Shown here piece by piece: positions 41,744 through 53,795 of a DNA stretch of 64,000 nt. Every line of letters starts with the position of its first letter. The first letter of the stretch is position 1. The stretch lies in the NCBI RefSeq assembly GCF_044324785.1, contig NZ_CP172127.1; one strand, written 5' to 3'. Position numbers and translations under genes: made by a program. The notes beneath the pieces were generated by a model. The model worked only from the letters and a program-made list of their open reading frames with translations. It was not told the origin of the DNA and did no database searches. This DNA is from Escherichia coli. GTDB taxonomy: Bacteria > Pseudomonadota > Gammaproteobacteria > Enterobacterales > Enterobacteriaceae.

Positions 41744-42168
41744 ATCCCCTCCAGAAATATGTGACTTATCCTTTACGCTGGCAGTATAACGGGAAAGGCC
41801 TTACTAATACGTGATGACATCACATTTAAGCATGGCAAATGTCTGAAAAATGAGCGAATAATCGCGTTATACTCCCTCTTGCTGATAAGCCTGCAAAAAC
41901 AACAAAATCAAATAATTAGCATGATAAATTATTTTTTATTACGCCTAAAGGATTAAATCTTTCGCTTGCACTACACTGTCAATCAGACAAATGACTATAT
42001 GGGGCAACCCGCTGTTGCCCTAAATCAAATTTACTGGATTTATTTATCTGGCGAATGATTTGCCTTCGTTTTTAAAATAGCCGCGCATTATTTCCGTCGT
42101 CACTTTTTTACGACGACCCTATAAAACGACCATATTTTTCACAGGGTCAATTTTTAATTGAGGTGGAT

Positions 42169-42864
42169 ATGTTCAGAAAATTAGCAGCTGAATGTTTTGG
42201 TACTTTCTGGCTTGTTTTTGGTGGCTGTGGTAGTGCCGTACTGGCCGCAGGCTTCCCGGAATTAGGCATTGGTTTTGCCGGCGTGGCGTTGGCGTTCGGT
42301 CTGACCGTTCTGACGATGGCCTTTGCTGTTGGTCATATTTCTGGTGGTCATTTTAACCCGGCGGTCACTATTGGTTTATGGGCTGGCGGACGTTTCCCGG
42401 CAAAAGAAGTCGTTGGCTACGTAATTGCCCAGGTTGTCGGCGGTATTGTTGCGGCGGCGCTGCTGTATTTAATTGCCAGTGGTAAAACGGGTTTTGACGC
42501 GGCAGCCAGCGGTTTTGCTTCTAACGGTTATGGCGAGCATTCGCCAGGCGGTTATTCCATGCTTTCCGCGCTGGTAGTTGAACTGGTATTGAGTGCAGGT
42601 TTCCTGCTGGTGATCCACGGCGCAACCGACAAATTCGCTCCTGCTGGTTTTGCGCCGATCGCTATTGGTCTGGCCTTAACCCTGATTCACTTAATCAGTA
42701 TTCCGGTGACTAACACTTCTGTTAACCCGGCGCGCAGCACCGCGGTTGCTATCTTCCAGGGCGGCTGGGCATTAGAACAACTGTGGTTCTTCTGGGTGGT
42801 GCCAATTGTCGGCGGTATTATCGGTGGTCTGATTTACCGGACCCTGCTGGAAAAGCGTAATTAA
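42169..42864 (+). CDS. aqpZ: Aquaporin Z (231 aa)
   Basis: [21 protein letters not shown]..., with two NPA motifs (HFNPAVT, VNPARS). Confidence 0.96.
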   Translation: MFRKLAAECFGTFWLVFGGCGSAVLAAGFPELGIGFAGVALAFGLTVLTMAFAVGHISGGHFNPAVTIGLWAGGRFPAKEVVGYVIAQVVGGIVAAALLYLIASGKTGFDAAASGFASNGYGEHSPGGYSMLSALVVELVLSAGFLLVIHGATDKFAPAGFAPIAIGLALTLIHLISIPVTNTSVNPARSTAVAIFQGGWALEQLWFFWVVPIVGGIIGGLIYRTLLEKRN

Positions 42865-42969
42865 TTAGCATTGGCATTTTATCTGCCCTGGTTGTTTTAT
42901 CTTCGACGTTACAAACCGCACGGGTGTTGGTGGCGTCAAAATCGCTGAAGCGTTCCCCGAAGGCCGGGG

Positions 42970-43126
42970 CAGCCCACATGGATGTGGGCTGAGGGCGCGT
43001 CTTACAGGACGTTACCTCGCGCCCGACCCGGTAGCCGAAGGGGATAAGCTGAAGGCACCGCGCAGCGGCGATTTTGTTCGCCAGAGCCCGGGGGTGCAGG
43101 GGGCGGCGGCGACTGGCCGCCCCCTG
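42970..43126. repeat. GC-rich intergenic block with three strong hairpins between aqpZ and lysO
   Basis: cagcccacat/atgtgggctg (42970-42991), gggcgcg/cgcgccc (42993-43024), cagggggcggc/gccgccccctg (43097-43126). No credible coding frame. Confidence 0.5.
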
Positions 43127-43320
43127 CGCGCTCCCTGCGCCAGTGGCTTTATATGGCATTGCACATGAAAGGAGCGCAACAATGCTAAACACTCATATAG
43201 AATTAAAAATCCCCCTCTGATGCATAACATTTCCTTTTAATTGCAACTTTACTCGTCCTTCCGCTTTCAGTAGTGTGTCATCGCGCATTTCGACTTCATC
43301 TTTGCAAGGACTGGGTTTTC

Positions 43321-44220
43321 ATGTTTTCTGGGCTGTTAATCATTCTGGTTCCCCTGATTGTGGGTTACCTCATTCCGCTTCGCCAAAAAGCTGCATTAAA
43401 AGTTATTAATCAGCTATTAAGCTGGATGGTTTACCTTATTCTCTTTTTTATGGGTATCAGTCTGGCGTTTCTCGATAACCTCGCCAGTAACCTGTTGGCG
43501 ATTCTGCATTATTCTGCCGTCAGTATTACCGTTATTTTACTGTGTAATATTGCCGCCCTTATGTGGCTGGAGCGAGGCCTGCCATGGCGCAACTACCACC
43601 AGCAAGAAAAACTCCCGTCGCGTATTGCGATGGCGCTGGAGTCGCTAAAACTGTGCGGCGTAGTAGTGATTGGTTTTGCCATTGGCCTGAGTGGACTGGC
43701 TTTCTTACAACATGCGACCGAAGCCAGTGAATACACCTTAATTCTGCTACTTTTCCTCGTCGGTATTCAGTTGCGCAATAATGGCATGACCTTAAAGCAG
43801 ATTGTCCTTAATCGCCGGGGAATGATTGTCGCCGTGGTGGTGGTTGCCAGTTCATTAATTGGTGGTTTAATTAACGCCTTTATTCTTGATCTTCCCATCA
43901 ATACCGCGCTGGCAATGGCCTCCGGTTTCGGCTGGTATTCTCTTTCCGGTATTTTATTGACCGAATCTTTTGGTCCGGTAATCGGGAGCGCGGCGTTTTT
44001 TAATGATCTGGCCCGTGAGCTGATTGCAATTATGTTGATCCCTGGGCTGATTCGCCGCAGCCGCTCTACCGCACTGGGCTTATGCGGTGCGACGTCGATG
44101 GATTTCACCCTGCCCGTTCTTCAACGTACTGGCGGGCTGGATATGGTCCCGGCGGCAATTGTTCACGGTTTTATTCTTAGCCTGTTAGTGCCGATCCTCA
44201 TCGCCTTTTTCTCTGCATAA
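43321..44220 (+). CDS. lysO: L-lysine exporter LysO/YbjE (299 aa)
   Basis: MFSGLLIILVPLIVGYLIPLRQKAALKVINQLLSWMVYLILFFMGISLAF... Polytopic membrane protein. K-12 synteny. Confidence 0.9.
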   Translation: MFSGLLIILVPLIVGYLIPLRQKAALKVINQLLSWMVYLILFFMGISLAFLDNLASNLLAILHYSAVSITVILLCNIAALMWLERGLPWRNYHQQEKLPSRIAMALESLKLCGVVVIGFAIGLSGLAFLQHATEASEYTLILLLFLVGIQLRNNGMTLKQIVLNRRGMIVAVVVVASSLIGGLINAFILDLPINTALAMASGFGWYSLSGILLTESFGPVIGSAAFFNDLARELIAIMLIPGLIRRSRSTALGLCGATSMDFTLPVLQRTGGLDMVPAAIVHGFILSLLVPILIAFFSA

Positions 44221-44363
44221 TACCTCTCTGGCGGTAGATCCCTGCCGCCAAAATTGCGCTAAATCAATCTCCCTTAAAGTTGCATAAAAAATCCCTTTTA
44301 TCCCCGCGTTAAGCGTCTTAACCTTAAACATGTATATTAAATATAACTTTAAAAGGTGTGATC

Positions 44364-46016
44364 ATGTTTTGTGTGCAATGTGAACAAACTATCCGTACTC
44401 CGGCAGGAAACGGCTGCTCATACGCGCAGGGGATGTGTGGTAAAACGGCGGAAACCTCTGACCTTCAGGATTTACTCATCGCGGCGCTGCAAGGGCTTTC
44501 GGCCTGGGCGGTAAAAGCGCGTGAATACGGCATCATCAACCACGATATAGACAGCTTTGCGCCACGCGCATTTTTCTCAACCCTGACCAACGTTAACTTC
44601 GATTCTCCGCGTATTGTCGGCTACGCTCGTGAAGCAATTGCCCTGCGCGAGGCGCTGAAAGCACAATGCCTGGCTGTAGATGCCAACGCCCGCGTCGATA
44701 ACCCGATGGCTGACCTGCAACTGGTGAGCGATGATCTCGGCGAGCTGCAACGTCAGGCGGCAGAATTTACCCCTAACAAAGATAAAGCGGCGATTGGCGA
44801 AAACATTCTCGGCCTGCGTCTGCTGTGCCTGTATGGCCTGAAAGGTGCGGCGGCCTATATGGAACACGCGCATGTTCTCGGTCAATACGACAACGATATT
44901 TACGCCCAGTACCATAAAATCATGGCGTGGCTGGGAACCTGGCCTGCCGATATGAACGCGCTTCTTGAGTGTTCAATGGAAATCGGCCAGATGAACTTCA
45001 AAGTGATGAGCATTCTGGACGCAGGCGAAACCGGTAAATACGGTCACCCGACCCCAACCCAGGTCAACGTCAAAGCGACGGCAGGTAAATGCATTCTGAT
45101 TTCCGGTCACGATCTCAAAGATCTCTACAACCTGCTGGAACAGACCGAAGGCACGGGCGTTAATGTCTACACCCACGGTGAAATGCTGCCTGCGCATGGC
45201 TACCCGGAGCTGCGTAAATTCAAGCATCTGGTCGGTAACTACGGCAGCGGCTGGCAGAATCAGCAAGTGGAGTTCGCTCGTTTCCCTGGCCCCATCGTGA
45301 TGACCTCGAACTGCATCATCGACCCAACCGTAGGCGCTTATGACGATCGTATCTGGACCCGCAGTATCGTTGGCTGGCCGGGTGTGCGTCATCTGGATGG
45401 CGAAGATTTCTCTGCGGTCATCGCCCAGGCGCAACAAATGGCGGGCTTCCCGTACAGCGAAATTCCGCACCTGATCACCGTGGGCTTTGGTCGTCAAACG
45501 CTGCTTGGCGCAGCGGATACGCTGATTGACCTGGTAAGCCGTGAAAAACTGCGTCATATCTTCCTGCTTGGCGGCTGTGACGGCGCACGCGGCGAGCGTC
45601 ACTATTTCACCGATTTCGCCACCAGCGTGCCGGATGACTGTCTGATCCTGACTCTCGCCTGTGGTAAATATCGCTTTAACAAACTCGAGTTTGGCGATAT
45701 CGAAGGTCTGCCGCGTCTGGTAGATGCTGGTCAGTGTAACGATGCTTACTCAGCGATTATTCTGGCGGTAACGCTGGCAGAAAAACTGGGCTGCGGTGTC
45801 AACGATCTGCCGCTGTCGCTGGTGCTCTCGTGGTTTGAACAGAAAGCGATTGTCATTCTGCTGACACTGCTTTCTCTGGGTGTGAAAAATATCGTCACCG
45901 GCCCTACTGCACCAGGTTTCCTGACACCAGACCTGCTGGCGGTGCTGAACGAGAAATTCGGCCTGCGTTCTATCACCACTGTTGAAGAAGACATGAAGCA
46001 ACTGTTGAGCGCGTAA
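44364..46016 (+). CDS. hcp: Hybrid-cluster protein / hydroxylamine reductase Hcp (550 aa)
   Basis: [38 protein letters not shown]... N-terminal Cys cluster. Confidence 0.96.
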   Translation: MFCVQCEQTIRTPAGNGCSYAQGMCGKTAETSDLQDLLIAALQGLSAWAVKAREYGIINHDIDSFAPRAFFSTLTNVNFDSPRIVGYAREAIALREALKAQCLAVDANARVDNPMADLQLVSDDLGELQRQAAEFTPNKDKAAIGENILGLRLLCLYGLKGAAAYMEHAHVLGQYDNDIYAQYHKIMAWLGTWPADMNALLECSMEIGQMNFKVMSILDAGETGKYGHPTPTQVNVKATAGKCILISGHDLKDLYNLLEQTEGTGVNVYTHGEMLPAHGYPELRKFKHLVGNYGSGWQNQQVEFARFPGPIVMTSNCIIDPTVGAYDDRIWTRSIVGWPGVRHLDGEDFSAVIAQAQQMAGFPYSEIPHLITVGFGRQTLLGAADTLIDLVSREKLRHIFLLGGCDGARGERHYFTDFATSVPDDCLILTLACGKYRFNKLEFGDIEGLPRLVDAGQCNDAYSAIILAVTLAEKLGCGVNDLPLSLVLSWFEQKAIVILLTLLSLGVKNIVTGPTAPGFLTPDLLAVLNEKFGLRSITTVEEDMKQLLSA

Positions 46017-46027
46017 GGAGTTTGTCG

Positions 46028-46996
46028 ATGACGATGCCAACGAATCAATGCCCGTGGCGGATGCAGGTTCATCACATCACGCAAGAAACGCCGGATGTGT
46101 GGACGATTTCCCTGATTTGCCACGATTACTACCCATATCGCGCCGGGCAATATGCACTGGTCAGCGTGCGAAACTCAGCGGAAACGCTGCGTGCTTACAC
46201 CATTTCCTCCACGCCAGGCGTCAGTGAATACATCACCCTGACTGTGCGGCGGATTGATGACGGTGTCGGCTCCCGGTGGCTGACGCGCGATGTAAAACGC
46301 GGTGATTATCTCTGGCTTTCGGACGCGATGGGGGAATTTACCTGCGACGATAAAGCAGAAGATAAATTCCTGTTGCTGGCGGCAGGCTGCGGCGTCACGC
46401 CGATTATGTCGATGCGTCGCTGGCTGGCGAAGAACCGTCCGCAGGCCGATGTGCAGGTGATCTACAACGTGCGTTCGCCGCAGGATGTTATTTTCGCCGA
46501 TGAGTGGCGCAACTATCCGGTGACGCTGGTGGCAGAAAATAACGTTACCGAAGGCTTTATCGCTGGTCGTCTCACTCGCGAACTGCTGACTCGCGTTCCT
46601 GACTTAGCTTCACGTACCGTGATGACCTGCGGCCCGGCTCCGTATATGGATTGGGTAGAGCAGGAAGTGAAAGCGCTCGGCGTGACGCGTTTCTTTAAAG
46701 AGAAATTCTTCACCCCAGTAGCGGAAGCGGCGACCAGCGGTCTGAAATTCACCAAACTGCAACCGGCACGAGAATTTTACGCCCCGGTTGGCACCACGCT
46801 ACTGGAGGCGCTGGAAAGCAATAAAGTTCCGGTTGTCGCCGCCTGCCGTGCAGGTGTTTGCGGCTGCTGTAAGACGAAAGTGGTTTCCGGTGAATATACG
46901 GTGAGCAGCACAATGACGCTGACCGACGCCGAAATCGCTGAAGGTTACGTGCTGGCCTGCTCCTGCCATCCGCAGGGAGATTTGGTTCTCGCATAA
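46028..46996 (+). CDS. hcr: NADH oxidoreductase for Hcp, Hcr (322 aa)
   Basis: MTMPTNQCPWRMQVHHITQETPDVWTISLICHDYYPYRAGQYALVS..., C-terminal 2Fe-2S motif CRAGVCGCC. Confidence 0.95.
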   Translation: MTMPTNQCPWRMQVHHITQETPDVWTISLICHDYYPYRAGQYALVSVRNSAETLRAYTISSTPGVSEYITLTVRRIDDGVGSRWLTRDVKRGDYLWLSDAMGEFTCDDKAEDKFLLLAAGCGVTPIMSMRRWLAKNRPQADVQVIYNVRSPQDVIFADEWRNYPVTLVAENNVTEGFIAGRLTRELLTRVPDLASRTVMTCGPAPYMDWVEQEVKALGVTRFFKEKFFTPVAEAATSGLKFTKLQPAREFYAPVGTTLLEALESNKVPVVAACRAGVCGCCKTKVVSGEYTVSSTMTLTDAEIAEGYVLACSCHPQGDLVLA

Positions 46997-47128
46997 TCGC
47001 CTTATGCCCGATGATATTCCTTTCATCGGGCTATTTAACCGTTAGTGCCTCCTTTTTCTCCCATCCCTTCCCCCTCCGTCAGATGAACTAAACTTGTAAC
47101 CGTTATCACATTCAGGAGATGGAGAACC

Positions 47129-48847
47129 ATGAAACAAACGGTTGCAGCTTATATCGCCAAAACACTCGAATCGGCAGGCGTGAAACGCATCTGGGGAGTC
47201 ACGGGCGACTCTCTGAACGGTCTTAGCGACAGTCTTAATCGCATGGGCACCATCGAGTGGATGTCCACCCGCCATGAAGAAGTGGCGGCCTTTGCCGCTG
47301 GCGCTGAAGCACAACTTTCAGGAGAACTGGCGGTCTGTGCCGGGTCGTGCGGCCCCGGCAACCTGCACTTAATCAACGGCCTGTACGATTGCCACCGCAA
47401 TCACGTTCCGGTACTGGCGATTGCCGCTCATATTCCCTCCAGCGAAATTGGCAGCGGCTATTTCCAGGAAACCCACCCACAAGAGCTATTCCGCGAATGT
47501 AGTCACTATTGCGAGCTGGTTTCCAGCCCGGAGCAGATCCCACAAGTGCTGTCGATTGCCATGCGCAAAGCGGTGCTTAACCGTGGCGTTTCCGTTGTCG
47601 TGTTACCGGGCGACGTGGCGTTAAAACCTGCGCCAGAAGGGGCAACCTCGCACTGGTATCATGCGCCACAGCCAGTCGTGACGCCGGAAGAAGAAGAGTT
47701 ACGCAAACTGGCGCAACTGCTGCGTTATTCCAGCAATATCGCCCTGATGTGTGGCAGCGGCTGCGCGGGGGCGCATAAAGAGTTAGTTGAGTTTGCCGGG
47801 AAAATTAAAGCGCCTATTGTTCATGCCCTGCGCGGTAAAGAACATGTCGAATACGATAACCCGTATGATGTCGGAATGACGGGATTAATCGGCTTCTCGT
47901 CAGGTTTTCACACTATGATGAATGCCGACACGTTAGTGCTACTCGGTACTCAGTTCCCCTACCGCGCCTTCTACCCGACCGATGCCAAAATCATTCAGAT
48001 TGATATCAACCCAGCCAGCATCGGCGCTCACAGCAAGGTAGATATGGCACTGGTCGGCGATATCAAGTCGACTCTGCGTGCATTGCTGCCATTGGTGGAA
48101 GAAAAAACCGATCGCAAGTTTCTGGATAAAGCGCTGGAAGATTACCGCGACGCCCGCAAAGGGCTGGACGATTTAGCTAAACCGAGCGAGAAAGCCATTC
48201 ACCCGCAATATCTGGCGCAGCAAATTAGTCATTTTGCCGCCGATGACGCCATCTTTACCTGTGACGTCGGCACGCCAACGGTGTGGGCGGCACGTTATCT
48301 GAAAATGAACGGCAAGCGTCGTCTGTTAGGTTCGTTTAACCACGGTTCGATGGCTAACGCCATGCCGCAGGCGCTGGGTGCGCAGGCAACCGAGCCGGAA
48401 CGTCAGGTGGTCGCCATGTGCGGCGATGGCGGTTTTAGCATGTTGATGGGCGATTTTCTCTCAGTAGTGCAGATGAAACTGCCGGTGAAAATTATCGTCT
48501 TTAATAACAGCGTGCTGGGCTTTGTGGCGATGGAGATGAAAGCAGGTGGCTATTTGACTGACGGCACCGAACTACACGACACCAACTTTGCCCGCATTGC
48601 CGAAGCGTGCGGCATTACGGGTATTCGTGTAGAAAAAGCCTCTGAAATCGATGAAGCCCTGCAACGCGCCTTCTCCATCGACGGTCCGGTGTTGGTGGAT
48701 GTGGTGGTCGCCAAAGAAGAGTTAGCCATTCCACCGCAGATCAAACTCGAACAGGCCAAAGGATTTAGCTTGTATATGTTGCGCGCAATCATCAGCGGAC
48801 GCGGTGATGAAGTGATCGAACTGGCGAAAACGAACTGGCTAAGGTAA
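47129..48847 (+). CDS. poxB: Pyruvate:ubiquinone oxidoreductase PoxB (572 aa)
   Basis: [51 protein letters not shown]... ThDP/FAD enzyme; matches K-12 PoxB. Confidence 0.97.
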   Translation: MKQTVAAYIAKTLESAGVKRIWGVTGDSLNGLSDSLNRMGTIEWMSTRHEEVAAFAAGAEAQLSGELAVCAGSCGPGNLHLINGLYDCHRNHVPVLAIAAHIPSSEIGSGYFQETHPQELFRECSHYCELVSSPEQIPQVLSIAMRKAVLNRGVSVVVLPGDVALKPAPEGATSHWYHAPQPVVTPEEEELRKLAQLLRYSSNIALMCGSGCAGAHKELVEFAGKIKAPIVHALRGKEHVEYDNPYDVGMTGLIGFSSGFHTMMNADTLVLLGTQFPYRAFYPTDAKIIQIDINPASIGAHSKVDMALVGDIKSTLRALLPLVEEKTDRKFLDKALEDYRDARKGLDDLAKPSEKAIHPQYLAQQISHFAADDAIFTCDVGTPTVWAARYLKMNGKRRLLGSFNHGSMANAMPQALGAQATEPERQVVAMCGDGGFSMLMGDFLSVVQMKLPVKIIVFNNSVLGFVAMEMKAGGYLTDGTELHDTNFARIAEACGITGIRVEKASEIDEALQRAFSIDGPVLVDVVVAKEELAIPPQIKLEQAKGFSLYMLRAIISGRGDEVIELAKTNWLR

Positions 48848-48883
48848 AAAGGGTGGCATTTCCCGTCATAATAAGGACATGCC

Positions 48884-49885
48884 ATGATTGATTTACGCAG
48901 TGATACCGTTACCCGACCGAGCCGCGCCATGCTCGAAGCAATGATGGCCACCCCGGTTGGGGACGACGTTTACGGAGACGACCCTACCGTTAATGCTCTG
49001 CAGGACTATGCGGCAGAGCTTTCCGGTAAAGAAGCCGCCATTTTTCTGCCTACCGGCACTCAGGCCAACCTGGTCGCTCTGCTCAGTCACTGCGAACGCG
49101 GCGAAGAGTATATCGTCGGTCAGGCCGCGCATAATTATCTGTTTGAAGCCGGTGGCGCAGCGGTGCTGGGCAGTATTCAACCGCAACCTATCGACGCGGC
49201 TGCTGACGGTACGCTACCGCTGGATAAAGTGGCGATGAAAATCAAACCCGACGATATCCATTTCGCCCGCACCAAATTACTCAGTCTGGAAAACACCCAC
49301 AACGGCAAAGTGTTGCCGCGTGAATACCTTAAAGATGCATGGGAATTTACCCGCGAGCGCAATCTGGCGCTGCATGTGGACGGTGCGCGCATCTTTAATG
49401 CCGTGGTGGCTTACGGCTGCGAACTAAAAGAGATCACGCAATATTGTGATTCATTCACCATTTGTCTGTCGAAAGGTCTTGGTACGCCAGTCGGTTCGTT
49501 ACTGGTCGGTAAGCGTGACTACATTAAACGTGCAATTCGCTGGCGGAAAATGACAGGGGGCGGGATGCGCCAGTCCGGCATTCTGGCAGCCGCCGGGATG
49601 TATGCGCTGAAAAATAACGTCGCACGCTTGCAGGAAGATCATGACAATGCCGCCTGGATGGCGGAGCAGTTGCGTGAAGCAGGCGCGGATGTGATGCGTC
49701 AGGACACCAATATGCTGTTTGTTCGCGTCGGGGAAGAAAATGCTGCCGCGTTAGGCGAATACATGAAAGCGAGAAACGTGCTGATTAACGCCTCGCCGAT
49801 TGTCCGCCTGGTGACGCATCTCGACGTCTCGCGCGAGCAACTAGCTGAAGTCGCCGCCCACTGGCGCGCATTCCTGGCGCGTTAA
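48884..49885 (+). CDS. ltaE: Low-specificity L-threonine aldolase LtaE (333 aa)
   Basis: [63 protein letters not shown]... Confidence 0.95.
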   Translation: MIDLRSDTVTRPSRAMLEAMMATPVGDDVYGDDPTVNALQDYAAELSGKEAAIFLPTGTQANLVALLSHCERGEEYIVGQAAHNYLFEAGGAAVLGSIQPQPIDAAADGTLPLDKVAMKIKPDDIHFARTKLLSLENTHNGKVLPREYLKDAWEFTRERNLALHVDGARIFNAVVAYGCELKEITQYCDSFTICLSKGLGTPVGSLLVGKRDYIKRAIRWRKMTGGGMRQSGILAAAGMYALKNNVARLQEDHDNAAWMAEQLREAGADVMRQDTNMLFVRVGEENAAALGEYMKARNVLINASPIVRLVTHLDVSREQLAEVAAHWRAFLAR

Positions 49886-49895
49886 GGAGGGAGAC

Positions 49896-51326
49896 GTGCC
49901 GCAACGCATTTTAGTTCTCGGTGCCAGTGGCTACATTGGTCAGCATCTGGTGCGAACTCTCAGCCAGCAAGGGCATCAGATCCTGGCGGCGGCACGTCAT
50001 GTCGACAAGCTTGCAAAGCTGCAACTGGCAAACGTCAGTTGCCATAAAGTCGATCTCAGCTGGCCGGATAACCTTCCGGCCCTGTTGCAGGATATCGATA
50101 CGGTCTATTTTCTGGTGCACAGCATGGGCGAAGGCGGCGATTTTATCGCTCAGGAGCGCCAGGTGGCTCTCAACGTCCGCGATGCGCTACGCGAAGTCCC
50201 TGTTAAGCAATTAATCTTTCTCAGTTCGTTGCAGGCCCCGCCACATGAGCAGTCGGACCATCTGCGCGCCCGTCAGGCTACGGCGGATATTCTTCGTGAA
50301 GCGGGTGTCCCGGTGACCGAATTGCGTGCCGGAATAATCGTTGGCGCAGGTTCAGCGGCGTTCGAAGTCATGCGCGATATGGTCTACAACCTGCCAGTGT
50401 TAACGCCGCCACGCTGGGTTCGTTCACGCACCACGCCCATCGCGCTGGAAAACTTGCTGCACTATCTGGTGGCGCTGTTAGATCATCCGGCCAGCGAACA
50501 TCGCATCTTCGAAGCCGCCGGACCAGAAGTGCTCAGTTATCAGCAACAGTTTGAACATTTTATGGCGGTGAGCGGTAAGCGCCGCTGGTTGATCCCCATC
50601 CCCCTCCCCACCCGCTGGATTTCGGTGTGGTTTCTCAATGTGATTACTTCCGTACCGCCCACCACCGCCAGGGCGTTGATTCAGGGGCTGAAACATGATC
50701 TGCTGGCGGATGACACCGCACTACGTGCACTCATCCCACAACGGCTGATTGCTTTCGATGACGCGGTACGTCGCACCCTGAAAGAGGAAGAAAAGCTGGT
50801 CAACTCCAGCGACTGGGGATACGACGCTCAGGCCTTTGCCCGCTGGCGACCGGAGTACGGTTATTTCGCCAAACAAGCGGGGTTTACCGTTAAAACGTCT
50901 GCCAGACTTGCGGCTTTATGGCAGGTGGTGAATCAAATCGGCGGTAAAGAGCGTTATTTCTTTGGCAATATTTTGTGGCAAACCCGGGCGTTGATGGACC
51001 GCGCGATCGGTCATAAGCTGGCGAAAGGCCGCCCGGAGCGTGAATATTTGCAGACCGGCGATGCGGTGGATAGCTGGAAAGTGATTGTCGTTGAACCGGA
51101 AAAACAACTTACGCTGTTATTTGGCATGAAAGCGCCGGGGCTGGGACGACTGTGTTTTACCCTGGAAGATAAAGGCGACTATCGTACTATCGATGTTCGT
51201 GCATTCTGGCATCCGCACGGTATGCCGGGGCTGTTTTACTGGTTATTGATGATCCCCGCGCATCTGTTTATTTTTCGCGGAATGGCAAAACAAATCGCCA
51301 GACTGGCAGAACAAAGCACAGATTAA
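49896..51326 (+). CDS. ybjT: NAD(P)-binding Rossmann / DUF2867 protein YbjT (476 aa, GTG start)
   Basis: (M)[34 protein letters not shown]... K-12 synteny. Confidence 0.9.
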   Translation: MPQRILVLGASGYIGQHLVRTLSQQGHQILAAARHVDKLAKLQLANVSCHKVDLSWPDNLPALLQDIDTVYFLVHSMGEGGDFIAQERQVALNVRDALREVPVKQLIFLSSLQAPPHEQSDHLRARQATADILREAGVPVTELRAGIIVGAGSAAFEVMRDMVYNLPVLTPPRWVRSRTTPIALENLLHYLVALLDHPASEHRIFEAAGPEVLSYQQQFEHFMAVSGKRRWLIPIPLPTRWISVWFLNVITSVPPTTARALIQGLKHDLLADDTALRALIPQRLIAFDDAVRRTLKEEEKLVNSSDWGYDAQAFARWRPEYGYFAKQAGFTVKTSARLAALWQVVNQIGGKERYFFGNILWQTRALMDRAIGHKLAKGRPEREYLQTGDAVDSWKVIVVEPEKQLTLLFGMKAPGLGRLCFTLEDKGDYRTIDVRAFWHPHGMPGLFYWLLMIPAHLFIFRGMAKQIARLAEQSTD

Positions 51327-51424
51327 TCGACAAAACCTGCGTTATTCTTTCATGTTTCCCATTGCATCATGGGGGAAATCACGGAAGAATGCGCACGTCA
51401 TTTTCTCAACAACAGTGGATTGAT

Positions 51425-52438
51425 ATGAAGGTACTGGTTACCGGCGCCACCAGCGGCTTAGGTCGAAACGCGGTAGAGTTTTTATGCCAGAAAGGCATCA
51501 GCGTGCGAGCGACCGGTCGCAACGAGGCAATGGGTAAATTGCTGGAAAAAATGGGCGCAGAGTTTGTTCCGGCGGATCTGACCGAGCTGGTCTCATCACA
51601 AGCTAAAGTGATGCTCGCGGGCATTGATACGCTGTGGCACTGCTCCAGCTTTACCTCGCCCTGGGGGACACAACAGGCTTTCGATCTGGCTAACGTTCGC
51701 GCCACTCGCCGCCTGGGTGAATGGGCTGTCGCCTGGGGTGTGCGTAACTTTATTCATATCTCTTCACCCTCCCTGTACTTCGATTATCACCACCATCGCG
51801 ATATTAAAGAAGATTTTCGCCCTCACCGCTTCGCTAACGAGTTTGCCCGCAGCAAAGCAGCCAGCGAAGAAGTGATCAATATGCTTTCGCAGGCGAATCC
51901 ACAAACGCGCTTTACTATTCTGCGCCCACAAAGTCTGTTCGGACCGCACGATAAAGTCTTTATCCCCCGTCTGGCGCATATGATGCACCACTACGGCAGC
52001 ATTCTGTTACCACACGGCGGCAGTGCGCTGGTCGATATGACCTACTATGAAAATGCCGTGCACGCCATGTGGCTAGCAAGCCAGGAAGCCTGCGATAAGC
52101 TACCTTCCGGGCGTGTGTACAACATCACCAACGGCGAGCATCGCACACTGCGCAGCATCGTGCAGAAGCTGATCGACGAGTTGAATATTGACTGTCGTAT
52201 TCGTTCCGTCCCCTACCCGATGCTGGATATGATCGCCCGCAGCATGGAGCGTTTAGGCCGCAAGTCAGCAAAAGAGCCGCCGCTGACCCACTACGGCGTC
52301 TCCAAGTTGAATTTTGACTTTACGCTGGATATTACGCGTGCGCAGGAAGAGTTAGGTTATCAACCAGTCCTCACCCTGGATGAAGGTATCGAGAAAACTG
52401 CCGCCTGGCTACGCGACCACGGAAAACTGCCGCGCTAA
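51425..52438 (+). CDS. ybjS: NAD-dependent epimerase/dehydratase family protein YbjS (337 aa)
   Basis: [40 protein letters not shown]... The track ORF starts 21 codons upstream. Confidence 0.9.
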   Translation: MKVLVTGATSGLGRNAVEFLCQKGISVRATGRNEAMGKLLEKMGAEFVPADLTELVSSQAKVMLAGIDTLWHCSSFTSPWGTQQAFDLANVRATRRLGEWAVAWGVRNFIHISSPSLYFDYHHHRDIKEDFRPHRFANEFARSKAASEEVINMLSQANPQTRFTILRPQSLFGPHDKVFIPRLAHMMHHYGSILLPHGGSALVDMTYYENAVHAMWLASQEACDKLPSGRVYNITNGEHRTLRSIVQKLIDELNIDCRIRSVPYPMLDMIARSMERLGRKSAKEPPLTHYGVSKLNFDFTLDITRAQEELGYQPVLTLDEGIEKTAAWLRDHGKLPR

Positions 52439-53265
52439 TCCTGCCCGTATTTCTCCAGCAACGCTTCGGCAATCGCCTGAGTTTCTGCATCCGCTTCGCC
52501 GTTGTATAACGTCGGGCGGAAATGCATCTGGAACGCCATAATCACGCGCCGCTGCTCGCGCGGTGTCATATCAGGTTTAACGTCATAACCGTAGCGCGCC
52601 AAAAGCTCCAGTAATGATGCGGTATCTACCGGTGTGTGCGGCGCGCGCCCGGCAAGGTAAAAGTTCACCCGCTGCGCATCCGGCCAGGCACCAATCCCCT
52701 GCTGCGCCAGTTGTTGCCAGGGGAATAACGGCCCCGGATCGTCTTTGCGCTGCGGCGCAATATCCGCATGCGCCACTACGTTTTCCGGCTTGATGTGATA
52801 ACGGGCAATAATATCTTTCGCCAGCGGAATAAGCGCCTGAATCTGTGCCTGTTCAAACGGGGCAAAATATTTCACTCCGGATGATTTTTGCCAGCCACGG
52901 TTTTCCAGCTCAATGCCAATAGAGGTGTCGTTAAGACGCGTTGCCCCGCGCCAGGCGCTAATCCCCGCATGCCAGGCCAGCTCCTGTTCCGGCACCAGTT
53001 GCCAGATGCGCGGTTTACCGTTGTATCGCGGTGGCACAGCAGGGACCAGATAATGCGAACTGACCTGCTTATCGGTCAGTGTCGCCAGCGAGCTATCAAA
53101 ATCATCTGCGGTGTAGTGGATCACCAGCACTTTAATGCGCGGATACGCCGCCTGTGCCTGGCGTCGGGTATCAAGCTGATATCCCTCTTTCTCGACAATG
53201 CCTTTTTCGCCTGCACACCCTGCCAGTAACAGAGCGACAGCGATCAGCCAGAAGACTCTTCTCAT
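52435..53265 (-). CDS. amiD: N-acetylmuramoyl-L-alanine amidase lipoprotein AmiD (276 aa)
   Basis: Lipobox LLLAGCAG, Amidase_2 domain, C-terminal peptidoglycan-binding domain. Overlaps the ybjS stop and the ybjQ stop. Confidence 0.92.
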
Positions 53266-53585
53266 CGACGCGTTTTCACCGCCGTACCGCTGACGCTAAC
53301 CATCAGCATACTGCCGTTTTGCCCGACCGTTTCGTAGTCGATATCAATACCAACCACGGCATCGGCCCCCAGTGCCCGGGCCTGGGAGCCTAGTTCCTCA
53401 AAGGCGATCTCCCGCGCTTTACGTAGCTCTTTTTCGTAGGCCCCGGAGCGTCCACCAACGATATCGCGGATACCGGCAAAGAAATCACGGAAAATATTGG
53501 CACCTAAAATCGCTTCGCCGGTCACCACACCGCAATATTCGACGATGGTCTGGCCTTCCAGAGTTGGGGTTGTAGAAAATTGCAT
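53262..53585 (-). CDS. ybjQ: YbjQ (UPF0145) protein, 107 aa
   Basis: [59 protein letters not shown]... Confidence 0.92.
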
Positions 53586-53795
53586 GATCGATCTCCTTGT
53601 TTGTTAAGCCTTCGATCTCTAAAGCATTATCGGACTGATATGCCATGTTGGGAAGAAGGTTTTGATCAGTTTAGGAAATCATCTCATTGTGTCAAAAACA
53701 CCCACTTAAGTCTTTACGATTATCCGTTGCATAACCCGATATTAGTTTCATTATAGGGCACCGCTTACCTGTCGTATTATGTAGTACCAGCAACA

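Noticed and set aside
42818-43230. 124-aa and 72-aa minus-strand ORFs between aqpZ and lysO
   Set aside because: They are generated by the GC-rich hairpin block (Ala/Arg/Gly/Pro-rich translation) and overlap the aqpZ 3' end. This is the conserved intergenic position in K-12.
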